A stretch of DNA of 64,000 bases from Camelus ferus (lineage: Eukaryota). Where the stretch lies: the NCBI RefSeq assembly GCF_009834535.1, contig NC_045696.1, positions 25,484,001 to 25,548,000 of the forward strand, in the 5' to 3' direction. The position numbers and the translations under genes were made by a program. This document shows, one piece after another, positions 1-12,080 of this stretch (positions within the stretch are counted from its first letter, which is position 1; each line of letters starts with the position of its first letter). The notes below the pieces were generated by a model. It searched no databases. It was not told the origin of the DNA and saw only the letters and a list, made by a program, of their open reading frames with translations.

Positions 1-100
1 TTCAGTGATGGAGAGCTCTCTGGGAAATGAGATTCAATCATACTCTTCTGTTTCAAAGGTTTGCAGAAAAATTCTACCCACCCCTGACACAGTGGAGCCA

Positions 101-103
<3 letters not shown>

Positions 104-149
<46 letters not shown>
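104..149. repeat. (AG)n microsatellite
   Basis: Perfect AG dinucleotide run; explains the ERERER ORFs at 5..217 and 27..248. Confidence 0.98.
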
Positions 150-150
<1 letters not shown>

Positions 151-324
151 CAGAGATTCAGTGGACACCAGACCTGGTTCTGGCTGCACTCCAACATGGC
201 AGCTTGACTACAGATGATAACTGTTTATGGATCCTGAATAGATACTAATACGCAGTCTCGGCCCTCCCAGCAAAAGGACATCCTTGGCCAAACATTCACT
301 GAGGAAAAAGCTCATCCTTATTCA

Positions 325-339
325 CTAGCAGATGGCAGC
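325..339 (+). promoter_or_regulatory. Candidate CTCF site
   Basis: CTAGCAGATGGCAGC is one mismatch from the CTCF core variant CCAGCAGATGGCAGC; motif only. Confidence 0.4.
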
Positions 340-529
340 ATGTTCATATAGCACCTGAAGGGAGAATTAAGAGCAGTGAGTGAAAAGCAGAAGAAACATG
401 CGGACTAATATAGGAGGCAGCACTTCCCAACAACTGCCGCTCTCCAGCAGTGAAATGCACACTTCCTGAAGCTGTGAGCTCCCTCCCCATCACAAAAATA
501 ATTCTAGCAAGGTCGAGGTAAATATCTGT

Positions 530-860
530 CACAAATACTTGTGTTTGAATTCCTTAAGTATTCAGTGCCTACTGTGTGTTAACCCTTATTCTAAATGCTA
601 GGGTTACAGCCGTGAACAAAGCATGTCGTAAGGGAAATTTCTTATTCAAAACAAAGCTGGATCCTGGGAATTTTAGACTTATCCAACCAGATATGTGCAC
701 ATTGTTTTTGCTCTCTGTTGTGTGTATTTACATGTAAAACCTAAGCTTCTTTGCTCCTTTACTTAACAACTGCTAAAAATACTTATTTCGTATCTTTTCT
801 GTGTCAGACAGTGTGTTATGTGTTAGGAATACAGTGAATAAGAAACAAAGCTTTTCTTTA
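530..860 (-). mobile_element. L2 LINE 3'-end fragments
   Basis: gtgcctactgtgtg...gctagggttacagccgtgaacaaag and tgtgtcagacagtgtg...aggaatacagtgaataaga resemble the reverse-complemented L2 3' tail. Confidence 0.55.
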
Positions 861-1789
861 ACATGCTTGAACTCTACAAAGAGTTAACAAATGAGTAGGT
901 AACTGCTTTCTGTCAAACATTCATTCCTTTCTCTTTTGCAATGAACACAATTTGTTCCAACTGTCACTTATAGAAAAAGTAAAATGTCCTCAAAGGAACA
1001 CATGCAGTTTCTTGATTATTCATTTATGTCCAGTTTCCTCTCAGATTCATTTACAGGTTTTATATCGACCGTCGGTGTGCAGTACTGAGAGCCACAAGGC
1101 ATTGAAGAAAGTGAAAAGTCAAAAATACACAACGCTGTTCATGATGAAATGGTAGATGCAGGCACCTAACAGATGTCGGTTTATTTGGAGTTTGCCCTGC
1201 AATATGTTTGAAACTTTAACAAGATTACACACCTAAGCGTCAGAATTTTATTCTGTGCAATTTATATACAGTGAGAAATGGCTACTTAACAACGTTGATT
1301 GGAGTTAATGAATGTGTGCTTTGTGGTAGGAATAGATAACTGGGGACTCCATCAGCACACAGAGCCGTGAGGAGGCGGTCCTGTGTCTACCAGATGCCCC
1401 CAGTGTCCTTCTCCTCCCCCACCTCCGAGCCCACACCCATCATTGCTCAGATCAAAATGAATCCACCTAGGTGCAGAGAGTGAGCAGTCTCCCTTTTATG
1501 GCCTTCCCACGGCTTTCAGAAACACCCACAAAAATTGTATCAGTGAGTCTGAAGTTCAAAATGTGACCCAACACATATTCTCATCATATTCAGTTGCAGA
1601 TCTCCTTTCATTGTTGGAGAGCCAGTAACAATAAAGTGATATGATGTATTGTAAGATTTTTCTCAATGTGTCAGTAGACTGAGAACTTGGCTCTCATACC
1701 ACTTTAAAAATATACCAGCATTCTCTCCTGCACTATTCTTTCTTCTTTCATCTTCTCTCTCAACAATTTCTAGTGAATGAATCTCCAGA

Positions 1790-1930
1790 GAATCATAAAA
1801 ATCGTAGAAAATTATAACTTGGAAAGACCTGAGAGATCATATTTTCCATTCCCTTTATTTTAGGGATGGAACTGAGACTCAATTTTCTGCAATTTGACAA
1901 GTATTGGGACCTAAAAACAGTATTCATGAG
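1790..1930 (-). mobile_element. MIR/MIR3 SINE fragment
   Basis: ttggaaagacctgagagatcat...ttattttagggatggaactgagactca, a degenerate MIR core. Confidence 0.6.
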
Positions 1931-2769
1931 AAATATAAATGTTGTTAGAAGGAGAGTTTCCCAGAGAGAATGATATTCTGGAATGGTCTGCAAGTGCCTG
2001 CAAGTAATTAGGCAGCTGGTGTATTGCTTAATTTCCAAGTCAAGCTCAGGTTTTCTCTTCTTACTTTAAAAGGGAATGTTGCTTTAAAGGGACAGTGAGT
2101 TTTTTATACAGTTAAAGAAACATAGATTAGAAATATAGGATTGTTGTTTTTTCATGAGATTATGTTTAACTTTTAAAATCACTTATCTACGCTGCTCTCC
2201 AAAGTGGGTACCCCTATCCCCTCATCATGGTCATCCTTCCCTTTGAGGCACAAAAGCACCAATGATCACATATCTTGCCAAATATGGAGCCAAGAGTCAT
2301 AGAGGCTTAAGCCAAAGTGCTTTTATACAATCTACATGTCTGTTGCTCTCCTGCCGTGGCAAATACCCTAAATTTTTGCCTGAAATGGGAAGTGGTTTTA
2401 TGAGAGAGATGGTAAAGGACCATGTTAACATTTTATATCTCATTTTAGATTAAGATAATCTTTAATATTGTATTTTATTTAAAAACTTGTGACTGTCATT
2501 TTGCAAAGTCCTGAAATTTCTCTTTTTTATTATTGCAAGGGGAAGTCTCTCCTTTTAAATCTTATGTTCTTTACCAGTCACGGGGGGAGAGGTCCTCTTT
2601 GTTTTTATATTTGGAAAAGAAACATTGGCATGAAGTTTAGTATATGTTGGAATCACTTACTGTTAAATGGAGTATGGAATAGTGCTGTATTAGTGAGATA
2701 TTATCTGATAGGCTTCTGTAATAGAGTCCATAAGTAACAGTGGTACATAAAATAACTTTGGAGGAAGGC

Positions 2770-3060
2770 AGTTGACAAGAGGAACAGAAGCACCAACATG
2801 TCACCAAGGACCCAGGTACTTTATTTCTGTTCTCAGATACCTACTTGGGACTCAGGATTTCTGCATTTCAAAAAGAGAGAGAGAGAGAGGAAGATAGGAA
2901 ATCAAGAGACGTGCTCCTCACAGCTGGGTCAGGTCTCTTTAAGAAGTTCCCCAGAAGTTCCACACAACAGTTTTCATTCATATATTACTGGCCAGAAATT
3001 AGTCACATGGCAGGACTTAGCTGCAAGGCGAGCTGGGAACTATGCTCTTTTATCTGTCAT
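2770..3060 (-). mobile_element. ERVL-MaLR LTR (MLT1J/K-like)
   Basis: tggccagaaattagtcacatggcaggacttagctgcaaggcgagctgggaa is the hallmark old-MLT1 motif in reverse. Confidence 0.75.
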
Positions 3061-3289
3061 CATGTGATGGTTTGACATCTTCCAATTTCCTATTTGTTAA
3101 AAAAGAAAATATATTCTATGGCTATGATATCAGTTCACATCTTATCTAAATGTTATTTTTTAATAAACAAGCAAATAATATTTATGTCATTATGTTCTCT
3201 TTGAATTCAAAATGGTCAAATTCTCTTACAAAGTAGAAAACAAAAACAAACTTAAACTCCCTTAATGCACGTGGTTGAACAAGCTACTG

Positions 3290-3620
3290 AACAAGCACAT
3301 ACCAAATACTTAATTACGAGCTAAAACCAATCCTTGGCCATAGGGATCAAAGATGAATTACTGTTTATCTTTCTCTCAAAAATCTGTAATTTGGTTAAAG
3401 AGAAAGAGATATAATCTCATCATATTACACAATGTGAAATGTTTTTTAAGAAGCAAGAGCTATACAAAGAAGGAGTAAATGCCTTGTAAATAGAGAGTGG
3501 ACAGGGGAAGGTATTGAAAAACTTCCCCAGAGGAGGTGAAATTTGATCTGGACTCAGAAAGTTGAGTAGGATTTCACTGTAAATCAAGAAAAGAACAAGG
3601 CAGACAGAAGTAATGTGTTT
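3290..3620 (-). mobile_element. L2 fragment
   Basis: aacttccccagaggaggtgaaatttgatctggactcagaaagttgagtaggatt is a typical L2 segment. Confidence 0.6.
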
Positions 3621-3721
3621 CCAAACCCTCATTGTATATCTATTTATGTTCAACATATAACAATGGTTTAATGCTTGAAGATATGATGTGAATAGATGGT
3701 CAGATACCCAAGGAACTAGAT

Positions 3722-3943
3722 CAGGGTCATTAAACACCAGCCCATTGCCAAACCTGACCTTTGGCCTGTTTTTGATAAGTAAAGGTTTATTGGAACACAG
3801 CCATGCCCTTTGTTTACGTATCCTTTATGAATGCTTTCACACTACACAGCTGACTTAAGTAGTTGCCACAGAGACGGCATAACCTACAAAGAAAGAAAAT
3901 ATTTCCCATTTGGCCTTTCATAGAAAAAGTTTGCTGACTCCTC
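3722..3943 (+). mobile_element. MER58A hAT-Charlie MITE, near full length
   Basis: cagggtc...tttattggaacacagccatgccc...agaaaaagtttgctgactcct; degenerate TIRs; flanks aactagat/atctaaaa resemble the NTCTAGAN 8-bp target. Confidence 0.9.
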
Positions 3944-4779
3944 ATCTAAAATCATTTGCACAGGTATAAAGAATGGCCTGATGGTTTCAAGAATGAATTA
4001 AAATGTGGAATATCAAACCTTCCTAAATCCCCTGGCTACAGCTTCAAAGCACAAATACAAAGGATAAATACCCCACACTCGGGGATAAGTTTAATAGACT
4101 AGCTTGACATCTTGCAGGAAACAACTGCCATTTTAGCCCATATTAAAATTCCAAATGTCCCAGATTTTACCTTTCTCACTTTGGTTCATGTACCAGGGGA
4201 TTTGCCTGTTATGGTATCAGAAACAGCCAAAAATGACAAACATGGACTTTTTCCCCTTGTTAGAAGTTCTCTATAAGAGAGAAACAGAAATAGAGAGGAA
4301 AAAGGAAGCAAGTTGTAAAGTATGTGTTTCCACTAAGACTTTGGTTCCCCCTTAGAGTTTCTGGCTTAGAGTTTGGTAGCTTTGATCTGGATCAGTCTTC
4401 CTCTTTCCGCAGTGTTATTGACAAGATCATTGCAATTTGAGTGGAGGAGAGAGAATCAAGAAACTTATATCCCTAAAATAAGTAGGTCAGCCTATAAGCG
4501 TAACAGACTCGGAGGGCGAGTTCAAACAGGGATCCTTTATCTTTCATAATCACAACATAAATACGTCTGTAGCCCCTCTCCACATCAGGTGACAATAGAG
4601 GAGGTCGCTTCTCTTTCTCTATTACATATTTGTTCTGATCTGTTCTCAGTGAACTGGATCACTGATTGCCAGCACATCAGAAAAATTTATGTTAATATAA
4701 TGCTAAATGGGTTGAAATAGTATAAAGAATGCTGGATGAGAATCAGGATGTACACGTTTACTGAGTTTTATAACTGGAA

Positions 4780-4920
4780 AAAAAATCTTAAAAGTTATCC
4801 AATCCAACTTCTCCTTTTTCTCTGGAGGAAACCCAGGACCAGACTGATAATGTGACCTAGATGTTAGTCCAGGCCGTGGGAACGTAGAGACTCTAATTCC
4901 CCTCAACTCCTACTTCTTTC
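4780..4920 (-). mobile_element. MIR3-like fragment
   Basis: atccaatccaacttctcc...gaggaaacccaggacc...gtgaccta. Confidence 0.5.
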
Positions 4921-5189
4921 AATTAAAATGCACATAAATCAAGCAACCCCAAGAGAATTCTGCATTACAAGATGCTAGCAGCCCACGTCTTTTAAAATAA
5001 ATAAATAAACTCTATTAAATTTGAAGAAGAGTCATTCTGATTTTTAGCTTCAGGGTTCAGAATGCAACCTTTCAGATCTGCTATCTTAGATAAGGGAAGT
5101 TCCCTACTACACTAGAGAAAAAAATAGATTCTGTCCTTTTCTTTCATTTTTTTTTACAGACAAGGATGGGGGAAGCAAATTTTCAAAGC

Positions 5190-5390
5190 ATGTATGTCTG
5201 AGTCCAAATGAGAAAGACTTTCCTTGTCAATCCTGTATCTTAAGATAAATATGTCCAATTCTTTGAGTCTCAACTTTCTCAATGGAAAAAATAGCAATAA
5301 TAATACCTAAATTGGGGCACTGTTTTGAGTGTCTATAAATAAGCACTATACTCAGCACATGATAAATGCTGGAGAGATGTTAGCATAATG
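5190..5390 (+). mobile_element. MIR SINE
   Basis: ctttgagtctcaactttctcaatggaaaaaatagcaataataatacct...cagcacatgataaatgct. Confidence 0.6.
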
Positions 5391-6636
5391 TATGTATTTT
5401 CTTTTTCCTTTGCCTTCTTTGTCTGAACTTCTCCTTTGATATTGACCTTTAAAAATATCCCATCTTTCTGCATTTGCATCAATTTATATGGAGCTATTAT
5501 AAATATGGTAAAACTCATTCTTAAATTTTTATTTATAGGGTAGGAAAAATGATCATTGTTTATAAGTCACTTGGCAATAGAATTTGCTCTTACTTTACGA
5601 TGTCTGTATCTGTGGCCTTGAAATTAGCTGTTTTGACTGAAGGAATCAATTCAGCATTAAAAAATGTCAACTTGACTTTCCTTTTTTTTTTTTTTAATTT
5701 TCTTTAATTTCTCATCTGAATTGTAGAAAATAGCCAGTTTTGTCATACTGCAGACACAGCTCTAAGAATAGCATTTTACACGGTGAATTATATATTAAAA
5801 AAGTTTTTTCCCTCTGTATTCAGGACCTTTATAGGTCCCTCCTCACCTCCAACAGTTGGTGTGCGTGTGTGCCCAGGTTACGTAAAATCATTTCATTGTT
5901 GGCCCAAGTACAACACAGAGCAATTATAGAAGCAAATCTCCCCCCTTCAGCTCATTTTGTGTATTCAAGAGCAAAATGGAATTTTCCTTGTAATTACTCA
6001 ATTTAGGGCATTATTCACACCACTGCTTGTTTTCTAACCCAACTGTTGGCCCATGTGTCTGTCACTCTGTTTCTATTTTATGTAATAAAATATATCTGAC
6101 CAGAAAGGAGAATCAAGGCTATAAATTTAAGTTAATTTGAAAAGCGAAATTTCAAGTTTAATTATCTACTCAGGTAAGTTATTTTTTGTTTATTTATAAA
6201 AGAGTTCTAAAAGTATGGGGATTTTATGCAGCATATTAAGTTTTGGGAATAACAAAAAGTCACTCTAATATCAACAACCCAAAAGAAACTACACGTTTAG
6301 ACAAAGAACTTACGTTCATGGAATATTGAACTAAGATTCTAGTGAATGTCCTGTCTCCGTTTAGCTGGGGCGATTCATCCGCTTGAGCTACACTCACTAT
6401 ACGACTTATTAGCATAAGTAGAACTAGTGAGCTGCAGGAAGTGATTCTCAAGTGATGTCCTTCTCTTGTCAAGAATCTCTATCTCTTATTTTTATCCTGA
6501 TTCAAACTAAATTGAATAGTTTCTAATAAACACTAGAAGCCAGATGCCTATTACTTTCCTCTCTCAGAAGATGGAGTAAATCTAACGGGCCAAATCCTAG
6601 ATTGTTTGGTTCTGTCTTGCTTTCTCTTATGTAATT

Positions 6637-6710
6637 ATCTATCTATCTATCTATCTATCTATCCATCCATCTCTCTCTGTTTATCCATCTATCTATATCT
6701 ACCATCTATT
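6637..6710. repeat. (TATC)n/(CATC)n compound tetranucleotide repeat
   Basis: tatctatctatctatc...catccatc seen directly. Confidence 0.9.
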
Positions 6711-7114
6711 TATTCTAGATCTAGACTACAGCTAGTATTCCCAGTGGAATATTTTGGTTTCCCTTTATTTTATAGAGGACCAAGTCCAAGCACCCTACAT
6801 TTCTCTAGCCTCCACAGACTTTGGCAGATAATAATATGCTAATTTTACTATAATTGCATCCTGGTTAGTGTGTGTGTGTGTGCACACGTGATATTCCTAA
6901 CTAACAAAGGAGAAGACTAAATGATAAATAATTTTATTTTTATAAGTAATTTTTGATGACTACCAATTGCTTATAGAATAAAGTCCAAGCTTTTAAGTCA
7001 CTTTTCTAATTTTATCTTCAGTTTTATCTTTTTTTTTCTGATCTTTTGATAATTAAATACTCTGTATATTTTCTACCTTTTTCCTTTGTTTCTTCTCAGA
7101 ATATCCCCGAAGAG

Positions 7115-7230
7115 TACTGCAGTCTTCATTTTAGACATGAGGAAACAGTGCTAGAGAAATCCAGTGGCTGCCCCAGGGTCACATAGAGAGTTTGTATCAG
7201 CCAGCTACCATCTCCAGGGCCACTTCCCAG
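7115..7230 (-). mobile_element. MIR core
   Basis: cattttagacatgaggaaacagtgctagagaa...gccccagggtcacatag. Confidence 0.7.
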
Positions 7231-8709
7231 GTTTCTGTGATCTAGCACTGCCATCATCACGATGACATCCATCACCATGGTTTCTCAACTCTCCAGCACA
7301 CTGTGCATTCCTGTGTGGCTTCCATATTCTCTGCTCATCTCACTTGTCTATCTTTGATGCTTTCACTAAGTTGTTAATTTTAATTTTTTTTTTCTGGTGA
7401 AGGGAAGAATGCTTCTACAGAGTAACCATCTAATAGAAGGCTAAATAACCTTAGTGAGAAATACTGGCAATGCTAAATAGAAAATGCTTTAGTTTTCAGT
7501 GAAGAGGTTTAAAATATAAGATGGGTGATTACAATCATTACATTTAGTGTGGGGGAAAAAACAGGCAAATAGCAAAAGAAATAGAATCAGGAGCAGAGTT
7601 GTCTATCAGGAAAGAACAATCTGAAAAATATTGACTCCATGCCTGTGAATGAAAATGGGGAAAAAATTGTTAGTGAATTCACTCTGTGTGTGTGTGTGTG
7701 TGTCTGTATTTTCACATGACAGAGAAAAATCTCAGAAAAATGTGAAGAGAATGAAAAATTATATCCAGTTCTTACTAATAGATCTTAATTTTTAAAAGAT
7801 AAACAATAAGAATAAATTTCAGAAAATGATCCTAAGGAGTGACAATGGAAGCTTTGGATTTCCAAATAAACGCTTTGTGTTTAGCTTGACTTGGCAGCAG
7901 AAGAGAGTGAGGATCTACCTATATTAGAAAAACAAGGTGTGCAAAGTGCCCAGTTCTTGGAAACATATACTTAGGAGTAGCTATCCAATTATTTTTCAAA
8001 GGGGACACAGATTAAATGTCATGGAAATTATCCTAAGGCTTTAAAAGTAGTGTTGCTGAAATGACAAATAAGCTTCCAAGACAGGAATTTGACAAATGCC
8101 CTGTGGGTCACTTGAAACTAGATATATGGACAAATTAGAAAGTCTGTTATAGGTAATAAATGATTTGAGGTGAGGATGACAATTTTTAAGTACCTAGATT
8201 CTTGCCATAACTATTTGGGTTAACCTACAAATACCTATAATTTGAGATTGTGGGACACTTTTCCATGGAACTCAATGATTTCAATCAGTTAAGACTATCA
8301 TTTATCTAAAATGAGTGGATTTTTCTTATCCTCATGCTAGTTTACTTGGTTTATGATCCATTTAAATAATGTGTATTGAAAATTGTAGGCTGTCACCCAA
8401 TTGTTTTCATTATTTATGAGATGTCATTTGTGTCAGTTTTAAAATGGTAGCACTCTGAAATGAGCCTGGCTTTCCAGCAGAGGTTTTCTTGAAAACCTAT
8501 GAGCTTCTTATTTCTAACAAATTAGTAAAATTGGATAGATCAATAAGTTGATTTCTGCTACTCCACAACAATTCAATTATTAAGGATTCATGTAAATCAG
8601 TTTATAAAGAGGAAAGCAAGAGATTTTGAAGAATAAACAAGGCTGGAAGACAATGAGAGAAAAATATTTGTCCAATAACCAATATCAATGTGTACAATTG
8701 TTTTATTTT

Positions 8710-8825
8710 TAAAAATCTGTCTTTCTATGCTAGACTACAAACCACTTAAGGGCAGCAAGATTATTTTACCCATTTTTGCATGCCCAGTACTAACACAGAG
8801 AAGGCATTCAACAAATGAATGGGAA
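8710..8825 (+). mobile_element. L2 3' end
   Basis: ctagactacaaaccacttaagggcag...cccagtactaacacagagaaggcattcaacaaatgaat. Confidence 0.7.
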
Positions 8826-9721
8826 GAAAAAGAAAAAAAGAAAGAGATAGATATTTTGGGGGAAAAAAATACTTGAAATGACCATTGCTTTAAAAAAAAA
8901 GTTAATTTTTCCATAGATGATATGGTTGAAGAGAGTCTTCATGGTTTCATTTTTCAAATATATTTCCTTAAAATAGTTCATAAAACATGTTTTTAAAATT
9001 CCCATAATGTAAATTTGAGCCTGACTAGTTAATGAATGAGCACTTTAAAAGTAGTTCACCTTAGGCTTAAATGCAAGAAAGTGAGAAAGTAAGCATTGTT
9101 TCAAGTAAAGATACTTTTCTATGTAAGTAATTCCTATTTTTTCCCTTTCTCTTTTAAACTGAAAAATATAATTTATTTCAGAATCCCACTTTTTTTAGTC
9201 ACTTACTTACAATGTTTTCTCAACCAATGTGGGCAAATAGTGCTGTTATATTAGAAATGCATTTAAAAAAAGAGAGGTGCTTAATTTCTCTTATCTCTTT
9301 CAGACAGACTGTAATTAGAATTAGCTAGGGCTTTGCTTAATTTTGCAAGAGTTCTTGTGTACAGCCTTCATATCCTTAGTATAATTAACATTGTATCACT
9401 CCCATTAGTGTTTTTAAGCACTTAAATTGTGCCATAATGGTCACAGCTAAAGTTGCCATTAAAGGGCAATTGCTATTTATTATGCTCATAAAGTAGACAC
9501 TTTACCACGGAAAAAATATATATAGTGAGCTTCCATTTAGAAAGCAGGAATAGACAGTGCCATTAGTTACAGCACCTTGGGCTGAAGGGGCTGTATCAAA
9601 TTGATCTTATTCTTATTCTATCCAGTAGATAGTGGGGGAATCTAAAAGCAGGTGACAAATCATTGTGGTTTTTGTTTTTTTTTTTTAAGCAAAGTTTTGA
9701 TTAGCTGAGTTTCCTTATAGA

Positions 9722-9900
9722 CCCATAAAATGTTGGTGTTAGGACAAACCTACAAGATGATCAAGTCCAGCCCTTTGGTTTCACACATGAGAAAATGGAG
9801 ACAGGACTTTAAATGTGAATATCAAGGTTACAGAAGCATTAGTACACCTAGGGTTAGAAGTCAGATTATAAGACGTTTAATTCTCATGCCCATTTCACCA
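9722..9900 (-). mobile_element. MIR3-like SINE
   Basis: gatcaagtccagccctttggtttcacacatgagaaaatggagacag...caaggttacag. Confidence 0.6.
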
Positions 9901-11184
9901 GACATTACTGAATAATTTACCATTAGATTTTCATTTCTTTTGTTCCCAGCAAATGATTGACACAGCTTTGATTAGGTTTAGCTTCATTGACTAGCAAGGT
10001 ATACTGAGTTTTCATTTGCAGGGTATTTCAGTTGATTTGACAGTCAGCCATGTCGTGTAGATATTAAGGAGGGGTTTGTTTTTTTTTTTAATATGGTTGC
10101 TGATTAAACATGGTTTGGTTGTTTTGTTTTATTTTGTTTTTCATGATTCCTTTTATTGGAGGCCACAAAATTATCCTTGATGCCATTGGATATTTGTCAT
10201 TAAAAAAAGAAGAGCACTACAAAATTTCAGTTTTTCTACTAATCATAAAATACATTCAGTTTGTTGTGTTCTCTCTATAGGTTAATTTTCTCTCTTAGCC
10301 CAGGGTGAGTGGAAGATATATTTTATTTAGTTGAATTGCTGGACCTCAACACAAACCATTTAAAGGAATAAACAATTATCACTGAAATGAGAACAATTTA
10401 GTGGTCTTGCATGATTAATGTCCTACATAAATTCTTTATGACATTGAATTGAAAGATGATGTTGTGAATGTATAATAGGAAGTTAACAGAATGTGTCAGC
10501 TTTTGATTAGTTTCTGAGGAGGCAGGCCTTGCAATCAGTGATTTTGCAATGGCCAGAAGACTATAAAACTACCATGTTTGTTGCCTGTAAATTAAAATTT
10601 AGAAGCTGTGATGATATATGTTCTTAGACCAGCTGGGGAAAAGTGCCTGGAAGAAGAGATTGCTTTGTATTTTTTTCTGATAAAAATCAGCTGTATATGT
10701 GCGTGGACTTGTATTCTTCTCTTTCATGTCATCATCGCTTTGGAAAACCTAATGGCAAAAATTATAAAGTTTTTTGTAATTGTTTCTATTCAGGGAAAAA
10801 ACTTTAAATAAATGCTATATTGTGTGTAAATCTGACAAAATCCAGACTCAAATAGATACATAGAGACTTAAATAATTATAAATATCTATTTTTCAAAATG
10901 AACAGAAAATGGATTATAGAATCTATTATGGAAATTTTTTCTTAAAAATCAGAGATGCAAAAGATCTTGTAGAACATATTATTTAACTTTTATTTGCAGT
11001 TGAAAAATTGAAATTAAAAGGGTAGAAGTACAAAAAGTATTTTAAGGTGATATAGCCCATTAACAGCAACATTCAGAGTATTATCTCAGTATATTTATTT
11101 CTATTCTATCTTGTAGAGTTCCTAATTTATTATTTTCCATCCTCTGCTCCTTAGTAGCCCAAACCTCACCTTCTTCATACTATT

Positions 11185-12080
11185 AATTGATTCACTCATT
11201 AAATCAGCAGATGCTTTTTGAGTGCCTACTTTATTCCAGAGACCACCATTCTAGGCATTGAGAGAAAAGGAATGTAATCAATGAGATTAAAATACCCACT
11301 ATCCAGACACTTAAGATTGGAAGATGGAGGATAATTTATTAAAAAGTAAAATATATAGCACATTAAATAATAATAAATATTATGTAGAAAATAAAGCAGA
11401 AAATAAAGATGCGTGGGTATTATAATTTTAAATAAGACAGTCAGGGAAGGATTCACAAAGCCTTTAGCAAAGACAGACAGTGAGGGATCCACGCAGCTAT
11501 CTTGTGAAAGATCATTTCAGGCAGGCAGGAATGGCCAGTCTTCCAGCCCTAAGGCAAATGTGCTTGCTAAGTTTGGGGGATACTCTGTCCAGCTAGAAGG
11601 AGGGAAAAAGACAGTGGTTAGAGAAGCAATGGGGGTGTGGGGAACAGAACTTTAGAGCTTCATAGCCAACCAAAAGAACTAGTGTTTACTTCCAATGAGA
11701 TAGGATTTTATTTATTCATTTTTAACTCATCCAACAAATATCTAGTGACTTCCTACTAGGTTCCAGGCATTGTTCAAGTCAGAGGAAATATGTTAGTAAA
11801 TGCAAGACCTCAGGTTTTAGTCTGAGATAAATGGGGTACCATTGGAGAGTTTTGAGCAGAGGAGTGACCTGATATGACTTACCTTTAACAGAAGCTCTGT
11901 GGCTAATATTCTGGGTGGCGTGTGTACCAGGGGATAGGAAGAATAGCAAGAGGGTCACAGTTAAGAAAAATTGCAATAACCCAGGGAGGGATGACAGTAG
12001 CTTAGACCAGGTAGGTAAAATTGAAGGGTTCAGATACTGAATATTCTGAACGCAGAGCTAACAGACTGTTCTGATGATTA
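11185..12080 (-). mobile_element. L2a LINE fragment(s), about 0.9 kb
   Basis: L2 tail ttgagtgcctact...; cattggagagttttgagcagaggagtgacctgatatgacttac; gatgacagtagcttagaccagg. Confidence 0.85.

Noticed and set aside
6392..6410. actcactata-cgact resembling pieces of the T7 promoter
   Set aside because: Only a 10-nt match, with pieces in the wrong order and no vector context; chance
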